DNA from: Malacoraja senta
Taxonomy: Eukaryota
Assembly: GCA_038087875.1 (NCBI GenBank)
Contig: JAXLNO010000533.1
Span: forward strand, 1 to 64,000
Length of the DNA: 64,000 nt
Direction: 5' to 3'
A program made the position numbers and the translations under genes. Shown here in pieces: positions 11,816 through 22,261 of this stretch. The notes beneath the pieces were generated by a model. It was not told the origin of the DNA, did not search any database, and saw nothing but the letters and a program-made list of their open reading frames with translations. Each line of letters opens with the position of its first letter. Positions within the stretch are counted from its first letter, which is position 1.

Positions 11816-13656
11816 CTGCTGCATTAAACGGAATGCATGCATCACTGGCTGCATTAAAGGGAATGCATGCATCACTGGCTGCATTAAAGGGAATGCATGC
11901 ATCACTTGCTGCATTAAAGGGAATGCATGCATTACTGGCTGCATTAAAGGGAATGCATGCATCACTGTCTGCATAAAAGGGAATGCATGCATCACTGTCT
12001 GCATTAAAGTGAATGCATGCATCACTGGCTGCATTAAAGGGAATGCATGCATCACTGGCTGCATTAAAGTGAATGCATGCATCACTGGCTGCATTAAAGG
12101 GTATGCATGCATCACTGGCTGCATTAAAGTGGATGCCTGCATCACTGGCTGCATTAAAGTGAATGCATGCATCACTGGCTGCATTAAAGGGAATGCATGC
12201 ATCACTGGCTGCATTAAAGTGAATGCCTGCATCACTGGCTGCATTAAAGGGAATGCATGCATCACTGGCTGCATTAAAGTGGATGCATGCATCACTGGCG
12301 GCATTAAAGGGAATGCATGCATCACTGGCTGCATTAAAGTGAATGCATGCATCACTGGTGCACTAAAGGGAATGCATGCGTCACTGGCGGCATTAAAGGG
12401 AATGCATGCATCACTGTCTGCATTAAAGGGAATGCATGCATCACTGGCCGCATTAAAGGGAATGCATGCATCACTGGCTGCATTAAAGGGAATGCATGCA
12501 TCACTGGCCGCATTAAAGGGAATGCATGCATCACTTGCTGCATTAAAGGGAATGCATGCATCACTGGCTGCATTAAAGGGAATGCATGCATCACTGGCTG
12601 CATAAAAGGGAATGCATGCATCACTGGCTGCATTAAAGTGAATGCATGCATCACTGGCTGCATTAAAGGGAATGCATGCATCACTGGCTGCATTAAAGTG
12701 AATGCATGCATCACTGACTGCATTAAAGGGAATGCATGCATCACTGGCTGCATTAAAGTGGATGCATGCATCACTGGCTGCATTAAAGTGAATGCATGCA
12801 TCACTGGCTGCATTAAAGGGAATGCATGCATCACTGGCTGCATTAAAGTGAATGCATGCATCACTGGTGCACTAAAGGGAATGCATGCGTCACTGGCGGC
12901 ATTAAAGGGAATGCATGCATCACTGTCTGCATTAAAGGGAATGCATGCATCACTGGCCGCATTAAAGGGAATGCATGCATCACTGGCTGCATTAAAGGGA
13001 ATGCATGCATCACTGGCCGCATTAAAGGGAATGCATGCATCACTTGCTGCATTAAAGGGAATGCATGCATCACTGGCTGCATTAAAGGGAATGCATGCAT
13101 CACTGGCTGCATAAAAGGGAATGCATGCATCACTGGCTGCATTAAAGTGAATGCATGCATCACTGGCTGCATTAAAGGGAATGCATGCATCACTGGCTGC
13201 ATTAAAGTGAATGCATGCTTCACTGGCTGCATTAAAGGGAATGCATGCATCACTGGCTGCATTAAAGTGGATGCATGCATCACTGGCTGCATTAAAGTGA
13301 ATGCATGCATCACTGGCTGCATTAAAGGGAATGCATGCATCACTGGCTGCATTAAAGTGAATGCATGCATCACTGGCTGCATTAAAGGGAATGCATGCAT
13401 GCATCACTGGCTGCATTAAAGTGGATGCATGCATCACTGGCTGCATTAAAGGGAATGCATGCATCACTGGCTGCATTAAAGTGAATGCATGCATCACTGG
13501 TGCATTAAAGGGAATGCATGCGTCACTGGCGGCATTAAAGGGAACGCATGCATCACTGTCTGCATTAAAGGGAATGCATGCATCACTGGCCGCATTAAAG
13601 GGAATGCATGCATCACTGGCTGCATTAAAGGGAATGCATGCATCACTGGCTGCATT
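11816..13656. repeat. Homogeneous 30-bp satellite, about 61 copies
   Basis: Unit GCATTAAAGGGAATGCATGCATCACTGGCT with GGG/GTG variants. The same variant block recurs at about 12353, 12862 and 13494. Confidence 0.98.
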
Positions 13657-13693
13657 GCTGCCTCCCGCTGCATGACAGCGCTTTTATCCTTAC

Positions 13694-13880
13694 CTGCTCT
13701 TCACAGCTGGATTCCCGCACCACTTCCGGTCGGGTGGCGAACCTCTCATCCACAAAGGCGCTTCCGGGGAAAGGGGGGACGCTTTAGGGCGGCGCACCGG
13801 CGCTGGCAAAGTGGGACGGCGGGTCTCAGGCGTCCGGGTGGAGGGCGAAACGCCGTCGTTTTGGTTCCGGGTGTTTTGTT
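13694..13880 (-). promoter_or_regulatory. CpG-rich promoter-like segment / candidate non-coding first exon
   Basis: Dense CpG with CCGGAAGT, CCGGAAGC and CCGGAACC ETS-like motifs, ending at a consensus donor CAG|GTAAGG (13694/13693). Confidence 0.4.
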
Positions 13881-13900
13881 GTTTTTTGGGGCATTGAGGG

Positions 13901-14036
13901 TGGAATGGAGAGAACAAAGGAGGGGGATGAAGGGATGGAGAGAACAAAGGAGGGGGGGATGAAGGGATGGAGAGAACAAAGGAGGGGGGGATGAAGGGAG
14001 AGAGAGAGGGAAAGGGGGAGGGAGAGAGAGAGAGAG

Positions 14037-14077
<41 letters not shown>

Positions 14078-14140
14078 GGATGAGGGAGATAGAGAGAGAG
14101 AGAATCAGGGAGAGAGAGAGAGAGAGAGAGAGGGTGAGAG
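13901..14140. repeat. Polypurine tract: about 32-bp tandem repeat plus (GA)n
   Basis: GGAGAGAACAAAGGAGGGGGGATGAAGGGAT repeated about 2.5 times, then (GA)n. Confidence 0.9.
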
Positions 14141-14166
14141 AAGTATCCACCTCTCCCTCCCTCTCT

Positions 14167-14482
14167 GGTCGTCACGGTGACCCAGCGGTAGAGTTGCCGC
14201 CTCACGGCGCCAGAGACCCCGGTTCCATCCCGACCACGGGTGCTGTCTGTGCGGTGTTTGCACGTTCTCTCCCCGTGACCTGCGTGGGTTTTCTCCGGGC
14301 GCTCTGGTTTCCTATCACACTCCAAAGATGTGCAGGTTTGTAGGTTAATTGGCTTCTGGTAAAGATTGTAAATTGTCCCCCTGTGTGTGTGTAGGATAGT
14401 ATTAGTGTGCGGGGATCGCTGGTCGGCACGGACTCGGTGGGGCCGAAGGGCCTGTTTCCGTGCTGTATCTCTAAACTAAACT
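14167..14482 (+). mobile_element. HE1-type tRNA-derived SINE
   Basis: Head with A/B-box-like sequence (CAGCGGTAGAG..GGTTCCATCCC), conserved core, CR1-like tail and (CTAAA)n end. Confidence 0.85.
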
Positions 14483-14540
14483 AGAATTCCACCAGCTTGA
14501 CTGTGTGGTCATTAAATAATCTGAATCTGAATCTGAATAA

Positions 14541-14732
14541 CAAGAAGAGTTGAGTATAGGAGCAAAGAGGTCCTTCTGTAGTTGTACAGGGCCCTGATGA
14601 GAACACACCTGGAGTATTGTGTGCAGTTTTGGCCTGTTGGCCTTTATAACCAGAGGAGTAGAGTATAGGAGCAAAGATGTCCTTCTGCAGTTGTACAGGG
14701 CCCTGGTGAGACCACACCTGGAGTATTGTGTG
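14541..14732 (+). mobile_element. Tandemly duplicated CR1 ORF2 fragment
   Basis: Two copies of the segment encoding VEYRSK(E/D)VLLQLYRAL(M/V)R.HLEYCV. Confidence 0.8.
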
Positions 14733-14775
14733 CCCGCACACATGCACGCCCTCCACGCGCGCGTGTGTGAACGGG

Positions 14776-15481
14776 CGATTCAGCCCCAACAACACTGCTC
14801 CGGATGGGTCAGTGTCAAGAGCCCTAGCAGGTCTCACCTCTCTGACTATCGAATTGGCTGAGAACTCTGGAGTAGACAACTCCTGGACTGGGTTTCTAGA
14901 ATCCTGGTTTGGGAAATGGAAGCACTGCTTTACCTCAGCTCTAACATCAGTGGTAGTCATGGTGGGGTTACTGTATTTGTTCGGATGTTGTGTCATTCCC
15001 TGCGTACGGGGATTGGCTCAGCGATTGATAGAAACAGCCCTGACAAAGAACAGCGCCGCCACCATGATGGCCTTCAGAACACAGTATAACCAACGAGAGG
15101 GGGATAGGGAGGCGAAGAATCTGCTGCTAGCATTAGAAAAGGAAGATAGTAGAAATCAAAGGTTGCGTAGCAAAAAAGAAAAGGGTGGATTGTGAGGAAA
15201 GAGTTAACAGACATAGTTGATTTGGACTAGGGATAGAAAAATGGATTGTGGTGTCAACAGAAGCCAGACTGCTGGTAAAATAGAAAATAACGATATATAG
15301 AACAGAGAGAAATTCTAGATAAAAAGTAGCAAATTCAGCAGAAGATTTGAGAAGTAAGTAGAAAGGGAGAAAGTACATAAGGTCAAACATATCTGCGCAT
15401 GCCTAATGAACTTACATGAATATGTACACACACCCACTATGACAAGATACCTAATTTAAATGCACATGCGATGCATGATAT
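14776..15481 (+). mobile_element. env: ERV env 3' end + PPT + truncated LTR (first copy)
   Basis: Near-identical to 17325-18025. The PPT AAAAAAGAAAAGGGTGGAT precedes an LTR starting TGTGAG at 15191, which is cut off at about 15481. Confidence 0.9.
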
Positions 15482-15791
15482 AGAACTAAAAATTAAAGGA
15501 TTGCTGGCCCAGAGCCCACCACTGGACTTCCCGATACACTCAGTCAAGGCTGGAGACTGGGTATTAATAAAAACGTGGAAAGAAGAAAAGCTGCAACCTA
15601 AGTGGACTGGACCCTACCTGGTGTTACTAATCACCGAGACGGCAGTGCGAACAAAAGAGAAAGGGTGGACACACGCAAGTCGAGTTAAGGGTCCTGTGGA
15701 GGCCCCACCAGACAATATCAGCCCGTGGACTGTGCGCAAAGGAGAGGAACCATTGACTTTAATATTTACCAAGAACCCGCGGGAAAAATGA
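15482..15791 (+). pseudogene. pol: ERV pol 3' end (integrase C-terminal GPY/F domain)
   Basis: VKAGDWVLIKTWKEEKLQPKWTGPYLVLLITETAVRTKEKGWTHASRVK. Its stop overlaps the env ATG (ATGA at 15788-15791). Confidence 0.9.
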
Positions 15792-17699
15792 AGATTTCGT
15801 GTTGGTGGGTCGTGTGTTGGGTGGTTACCCAACTCGTGAGTAATATAACATGCATAAAAATCACAATACCACAGAATAGAAGGTCCACCACCATCCCATT
15901 TAATGTATGTAAAGGAAAATGGTGGTGTGGCTATAGAATGTATGTATGCACCCATCCCTGTAGAAATTGGCACGCGGTGTTTACTTCATCAAGAGATGGG
16001 TGGCATCAGCCCACCTATCAAACTGATAGGTGGAAAATATATCAAAACCCGAACGAGAAATTGCCAGGACGTATATATGTGAGCATACAGAGTGTTCAAA
16101 TGCAGGAAAGTGGTAGGTATTGGATATGTGCAGATAGAACAGGGAAGGACACATGTCTGAAGTTTGAGATAGAAGTGAAGCGGGATGGGGAGATGGTAAG
16201 ATACGAGGATAGGGGAAAGGTGTTCAAGATAGATGACAGTCAGAATAGGGATCCCGGGGCAACACCAGCACCACCAGTAGTCAGCAAAGTCACCAGGGAG
16301 AATGGGTCTAAGGATCTGAATATAATGATAGTAGAAGGAGAAACAGGATGAAGGCAGTTATATGAGAAGGGAATACCAACAGGGGAAAAAGGAGCCAACA
16401 CCTGGCTTGCCTGGATGATGTACACAGCCAGAAGTATGCAATGAACCAATTGTTACACCTGCGCCGGAGCTAGGCCTCAGCTGGTCCCAGTACCATTTCC
16501 CCTGAATTGGAATAGAACACCTAGGGCTATGTCATGTATACTACAGCTATTCACGAATCCCCTCTTACCAAAGAATGTGATATGCCAGAGTTATCATTAC
16601 CTATTTCCGACCAGCAACAACAATACGAAGGGCCGAAGGGAAGATCCTCGACCTCCTCCATTTACCAGTCCTCTTGGGGAGGAGGGGTTTGAGTGCTATA
16701 CAAGAAATAACCCAGAGGGACAGGATATGGGGAAGGTGCTCAACTGCAATCAGACGTATAACATAACGGCTGAGGAACAGGGACCACTGTTCAATAGCTC
16801 CTGGCTAAAAGAACAGATAGTCAGTAGAGCCGATGTCTGGTGGTGGTGCGGGGAGAATACCCTGTGGCCCCGGTTACCGGGGTCATGGACGGGAACGTGT
16901 ACCCTCACACAACTGATGATGCCCTTCACCATAGCAGTAGAACATGCTGTAGAACTCAATGAAGGAAGCCAACGACAAAAGAGAGGGGTGAAAGGATCAT
17001 TCGACACACACATATATATATATAGATGCGTTAGGGGTGACAAGAGGGGTACCCGATGAATTCAAAGCCAGAAACCAGATAGCTGCGGGCTTTGAGTCCA
17101 TGATCTTCTGGTGGTCCACAATTAATAAAAATGTGGACTGGATCAACTACCTATACTACAATCAACAACGCTTTATAAATTACACTCGAGATGCAGTTGA
17201 AGAATTAGCGGAACAACTGACAGCTACCAGCCAAATGGCCTGGCAAAATCGCATGGCCTTGGACATGCTACTGGCTGAGAAGGGAGGGGTATGTGTAATG
17301 TTTGGCGAACAATGTTGCACATTCATCCCCAACAACACTGCTCCGGATGGGTCAGTGTCAAGAGCCCTAGCAGGTCTCACCTCTCTGACTATCGAATTGG
17401 CTGAGAACTCTGGAGTAGACAACTCCTGGACTGGGTTTCTAGAATCCTGGTTTGGGAAATGGAAGCACATCTTTACCTCAGCTCTAACATCAGTGGTAGT
17501 CATGGTGGGGTTTCTGTGTTTGTTCGGATGTTGTATCATTCCCTGCGTACGGGGATTGGCTCAGCGATTGATAGAAACAGCCCTGACAAAGAACAGCGCC
17601 GCCACCATGATGGCCTTCAGAACACAGTATAACCAACGAGAGGGGGATAGGGAGGCGAAGAATCTGCTGCTAGCATTAGAAAAGGAAGATATAGTATAA
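15788..17699 (+). pseudogene. env: Class I (gamma/epsilon-type) retroviral env, disrupted
   Basis: Signal peptide, CYTC (CxxC), furin site RQKR, GVPDEFKARNQIAAGFES, ISD QNRMALDMLLAEKGGVC, CX6CC (CVMFGEQCC) and TM anchor. There are two in-frame TGA stops (16349 and about 16442) and a (TA)n frameshift at about 17012-17024. Confidence 0.93.
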
Positions 17700-17735
17700 A
17701 TCAAAGGTTGCGTAGCAAAAAAGAAAAGGGTAGAT

Positions 17736-18293
17736 TGTGAGGAAAGAGTTAACAGACATAGTTGATTTAAACTAGGGATAGAAAAATGGCTTGGGGTGTC
17801 AGCAGAAGCCAGACTGCTGGTAAAATAGAAAATAACGATATATAGAACAGAGAGAAATTCTAGATAAAAAGTAGCAAATTCAGCAGAAGATTTGAGAAGT
17901 AAGTAGAAAGTGAGAAAGTACATAAGGTCAAACATATCTGTGCATGCCTAATGAACTTACATGAATATGTACACACAGCCACTATGACAAGATGCCTAAT
18001 TTAAATGCACATGCGATGCATGATATGGGAGGTGTCTTTGACGTCGGGTGGACGTTCCAGGACGTTCTCGTGGGAATGTGGGCTTTATGTTATGATTGGA
18101 AGAAGCTCAATGGGGATGGATGAGGGTGTGACAATGATACCCATGAAATGTATCAAGATAGAAGACATCCCGATCCTCGGTGTGCCTCTAGGGGACATCA
18201 GAGGAGAGGCACCTATTCTGCAGAATATGATTTAAATAAAAAGCTTCTTTGCCCACTTTGTTTCTAAAAGCGTTTGTGATTTTGCATCTCACA
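17736..18293 (+). mobile_element. ERV 3' LTR (558 bp)
   Basis: PPT immediately 5', TGTGAG...CTCACA inverted termini, and AATAAA at 18235-18240. Confidence 0.9.
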
Positions 18294-19224
18294 CTTATGT
18301 ATGGCTTAATTGTATTCATGCATAGTATGATTTGGCAGAATACCACGCAAAGGGGTTTTCACTGTATCTAGTTACCCGTGTCAATAATAAACCAACACGT
18401 TGTATCTATCGATTGCAGCACCCAGTGTTTATTTTAAGCAGGTAGCAAGGTTGTATTAACATTTCCTTTTTGCCTTTGACTACGTGGTGAATGTAAAGAT
18501 GGGTCATAATGCACTGTATCTTTACTACTGTTTATTGCTGCCCTAGCTGTCCGTGGTCTGTCACTGGAACCAGAGAGAGAGAGAACTGGGTGGGAAGGTT
18601 GTAATTATACCAGTGATGTGGGGAGTGGTTAGTAGTGGTGAGGTCACTATGTTAAAGGTACATGCACATATCATCTACAGTGAAGAGCCATCTTTTTTTC
18701 CACCGCTGAAGACCTCCATGCGCCAGTACAATATTCTGTCGGCGTGGGGCGATTCGGCATTTGCAATACTGAGGATCAGGACATATTTCCAAATCAGAAT
18801 GGCGGTCAATTTGGATCTTGATCTGCAGGTGCTATTTTTACATGGTAGATTTCAAAGGGAGAACAGCACTAATTGCCCGCTTGGAAAGCGAAAGTGTGTT
18901 GATTCCACCGTCCAGAGGAAAATGATTATAATCTTCCATTCAGTGGCCAAAAGTAACACCAGTCCAAATTAGTCATTTTCCCTGCAGCTTCCAAGTTCAC
19001 GCGAGTCCTACTGTCTGGTCAAAAAGACGGTGATTCAATTATTATTGGAACAGAGATTGATGGCGGAGGAGTTAGCTTGGTAATGTTATTGAATGTCAAG
19101 GCAGTTTACATCTTGCCTAATACTACACCTGCAAACAACTTTGCTGACATTCACACATTTCCTAAACATGGAACTCATATCTATACCAACATCTTTGATT
19201 TAAATCAGAAAATACAAACAAAAT

Positions 19225-19396
19225 TCGCAGCAGTCGAACGGATGCCTCGCAGCGTCAGAGACCCGGGTTTGATCCCGACTACGGACGCTGTCTGTGTGAA
19301 CGTCGTACGTGGGTTTTCTCCGGGCGCTGGTCTCCACCCACATTCCAAACTCGTGCAGGTTTATCGGTTAATTGCCCTTTGTAAATTGCCCCTAGT
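19225..19396 (+). mobile_element. HE1-type SINE, partial
   Basis: GAGACCCGGGTTTGATCCCGACTACGG head and core. Confidence 0.75.
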
Positions 19397-19399
19397 AAG

Positions 19400-20290
19400 A
19401 CTGCGTCGAAACGGGCTTTTCGGCACAGCATGCCCCATCTACATTAGTCCCAACTCCCCACGCTTGGCTCATAACCCTCTAAACCTATCCTATGCATGTA
19501 CCTGTCCAATAGTATATTTATTGTTATGATAGTACCTGTCTCAACCTCCTCCTCTGGCAGCTCGTTCCATATACCCATCACTCTTTGTGTAAAAATGTTA
19601 TCCCCAGGTTCCTATTAAATCTCCACACTCACCCACCTCTCACCGTAAATCTATATCCTCTGGTTCTCGAGTCCCCTATTGTGGGCAAAAAACTCAAGCG
19701 CATTTACCTGATTGATTGCTCACATAATTTTGTAAACCTCTTTCATATCACCCCATCCTTTTGCACTCTAAGGAATGAAATCCAGAACCAGGGGCCACAT
19801 TTCCAGAACCAGGGACCACAGTTTAAGAATAAGGAGTAAGCCATTTAGAACGGAGACGAGGAAACACTTTTTCTCACAGAGAGTGGTGAGTCTGTGAAAT
19901 TCTCTGCCTCAGAGGGCAGTGGATGCTTTCAAGAGAGAGCTAGATAGGGCGCTTAAAAATAGTGGAGTCATGGGATATGGGGAGAAGGCAGGAACGGGGT
20001 ACTGATTGGGGATGATCAGCCATGATCACATTGAATGGCGGTGCTGGATCGAAGGATCGAATGGCCTACTCCTGCACCTATTTTCTATTGAAATCAGAGC
20101 CTTCTCAACCTCACCCTCCCTGAACAGAGACTCAGTGACTTGCAGAACAGTTCAGCATTGGAACAGGCCCTTGGGGCCACACCTTCTGTTCCAAACGTGA
20201 TGCCAAGTTGAACTAATCTCCTCCACCAACACATGTTCCATATCCATCCTTTCCCTGCATATCTATGCCTTTCTAAAGACTTCAAATGCC
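19400..20290. mobile_element. Cluster of CR1 3' fragments in both orientations
   Basis: Fragments at about 19400-19790 (-), 19800-20090 (+, ending GAATGGCCTACTCCTGCACCTATTTTCTAT) and 20150-20290 (-). Confidence 0.75.
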
Positions 20291-20343
20291 ACTATCAAGT
20301 CTCCTTGTAAATCTTCTCTGGACTCTTTCCAGCTGGTGTGTTA

Positions 20344-20540
20344 AAAACAAAGTGCATGAAGAATTCAGTGGGTCAGGCAGCATCTGTGGTGGGAATCGAC
20401 TGACAACGTTTTGAAGTCACCAGTCTGAACAAGAGTTCCAGCCTGAATTGTCGTTGGTTCATTCCATCCCACAGATGTTGCCTGACCCACTGTGTTCCTC
20501 CAACAGTTTTGCTCAACGATCCAATATCTGCAGTTTCTAG
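20344..20540. mobile_element. Degenerate Penelope-derived palindrome
   Basis: Arms GGGTCAGGCAGCATCTGTGG and CCACAGATGTTGCCTGACCC flank a decayed core. Confidence 0.65.
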
Positions 20541-22230
20541 TATCCCCAGAGATCTGTTAACTGTCACCATTTAATTGCCCTATTTTATTACATTTTGTAT
20601 TACATTTCTGTTAAATTATGTTGCAGTCTTGGAAATGTTTTCACCTCAGCTGCGAACCTGCGTTCCTAGTGTACATTGCTACTTTAATCATGCTAAATTA
20701 TGATCACTGCCATCAAAACACCTCATCACAACCACTACAATACTACTCCCATCTTGCTGCCAAGCAATACCCACCATTTTCTATACAGTCGCCTTAATAC
20801 TATTTCTTAAATGAATTTGAGAACCTCTGCACTCTGCTTCAGTGACAGGTAATATTAAGTGTAAATTCACAACTATTTATTGTTCTGGGGTGGGTTATTT
20901 TGCACCATATAAACAGGCCAAAATATTTCTCCTTCCGTATCCCTAAGTTTATTTGATATACGATGATAAATACAAATCAATGGATCATTTAAATGTTTAC
21001 TGTGCTGATGGGGACCATTCATCCTATCAGGCCAATGCCACCTCTCTACTGGAGAAAATCACTTGTTCAACCCCAGCCCTTAGACTGTAGTTTTGCATGT
21101 TTTTGCTCACAATTAGTTTATCCAATTCTCTCTTTGTGATGAAACATAAATAGGATTTGGATCAATGAACGGAGAAAGAAAATTTCAAGGGTACAAATGA
21201 CTATCTTTATTACGTCAAATTACAAGACAAAGCATTAAAAAAGCAACGAATCTCATGGCTTTCAGCTCAATGTGTTAAATGATAGAAGCCGTGGCAAATA
21301 CCATCAAGTCTCACAGTCTTCTTCCCATTGGAGACTCCTATTTATGATGGCTGGTGTGGAGATCTTGCAGGCCCAGCCACTGTCCTTCAAAGGTTCTGCA
21401 TTAAATCAAGCACCGTGCTATTCTTGCATGTCTCGGAGAAAAGAAAGGTTTAACTTATCCTTTAGCTACACTAAATATCCTTGTAGGCTGCTCCATAATT
21501 TCCCAGTTATTCTAAGTGAGCCCTCAATCATCTAATTGTTTCCCAAAGCCAGCCTACTTGCTTACCATAAAGTGCAGTTAGCAGAAAATGTCATCTTAGG
21601 TGAAAACCCCGTTTACCTTTTCCAATGCACTAAGGGCATAATGGAGCCAATTACACAACATCTACGTGCCATACACTTGACATTCCAAACGCACGTTGCA
21701 TAGAATTCCTTGTCCACTCTCAAACCCTCCAGCAAAGTGAGCAGCCTCCCTATCCATTCTTCCCATCAAAGATTGATAATTTTCCAGAGCTCCAAGAACT
21801 TAATATGTGATTCACCACCCTCTGACTCTTGAGATTCCTCCTTATCCCTTTCTAAAGATACATCATGTTATTCTGAGAAATGTACTTGCCAAGACCATGG
21901 CGTCTGCAGTTTTAGTCTCCTGATCTTAAGAAGAATGTTCTTGTTATGGAGGGAGTGCCGTGAAGGTTGATCAGATTTCAGGGATGGGAGGACTAATGTA
22001 TGAAGGGCGATTTGGGCGATTAGTTTTACATTGTGATTAGGACCATTCAAAATCAACTACAACATTCTTATGGGTCTGTACAGATTGAAGAGAGTCAAGA
22101 GTATTTTATTGTCATATGTCCCAGATAATATAATGAATTCTTACTCGCTGCAGCACAACGGAATATGTAAACATAGTACATGGTAAACAATATGAAAAAC
22201 GAGAAAGAGAAAAACAAAATCAATGTGCAC

Positions 22231-22261
<31 letters not shown>

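Noticed and set aside
11816-13656. CRISPR-like array of 30-bp repeats
   Set aside because: Units are contiguous with no unique spacers, there are no cas genes, and the context is vertebrate.
8434-13675. Long repetitive ORFs (HFQSKPPFAFSK, MHAFPLMQPV, ACITGCIKGN)
   Set aside because: They are translations of stop-free satellite units open in several frames on both strands, with no unique N- or C-terminal domains.
14167-14240. tRNA gene
   Set aside because: This is the tRNA-derived head of an HE1-type SINE, continuing into the SINE core; it has no complete cloverleaf or terminator.
16060-16190. Ig V-set-like motif (VSIQSVQMQESGRYWIC) in the env N-terminus, suggesting host-gene capture
   Set aside because: The spacing differs from DxGxYxC, no clear B-strand Cys or C-strand Trp register is visible, and the G-K-D..F.I.V pattern fits fish ERV SU. 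Would need HHpred to revive.
18553-19200. ORFs in non-repeat-looking DNA after the LTR
   Set aside because: No recognisable motif in the frames I translated, and multiple stops.
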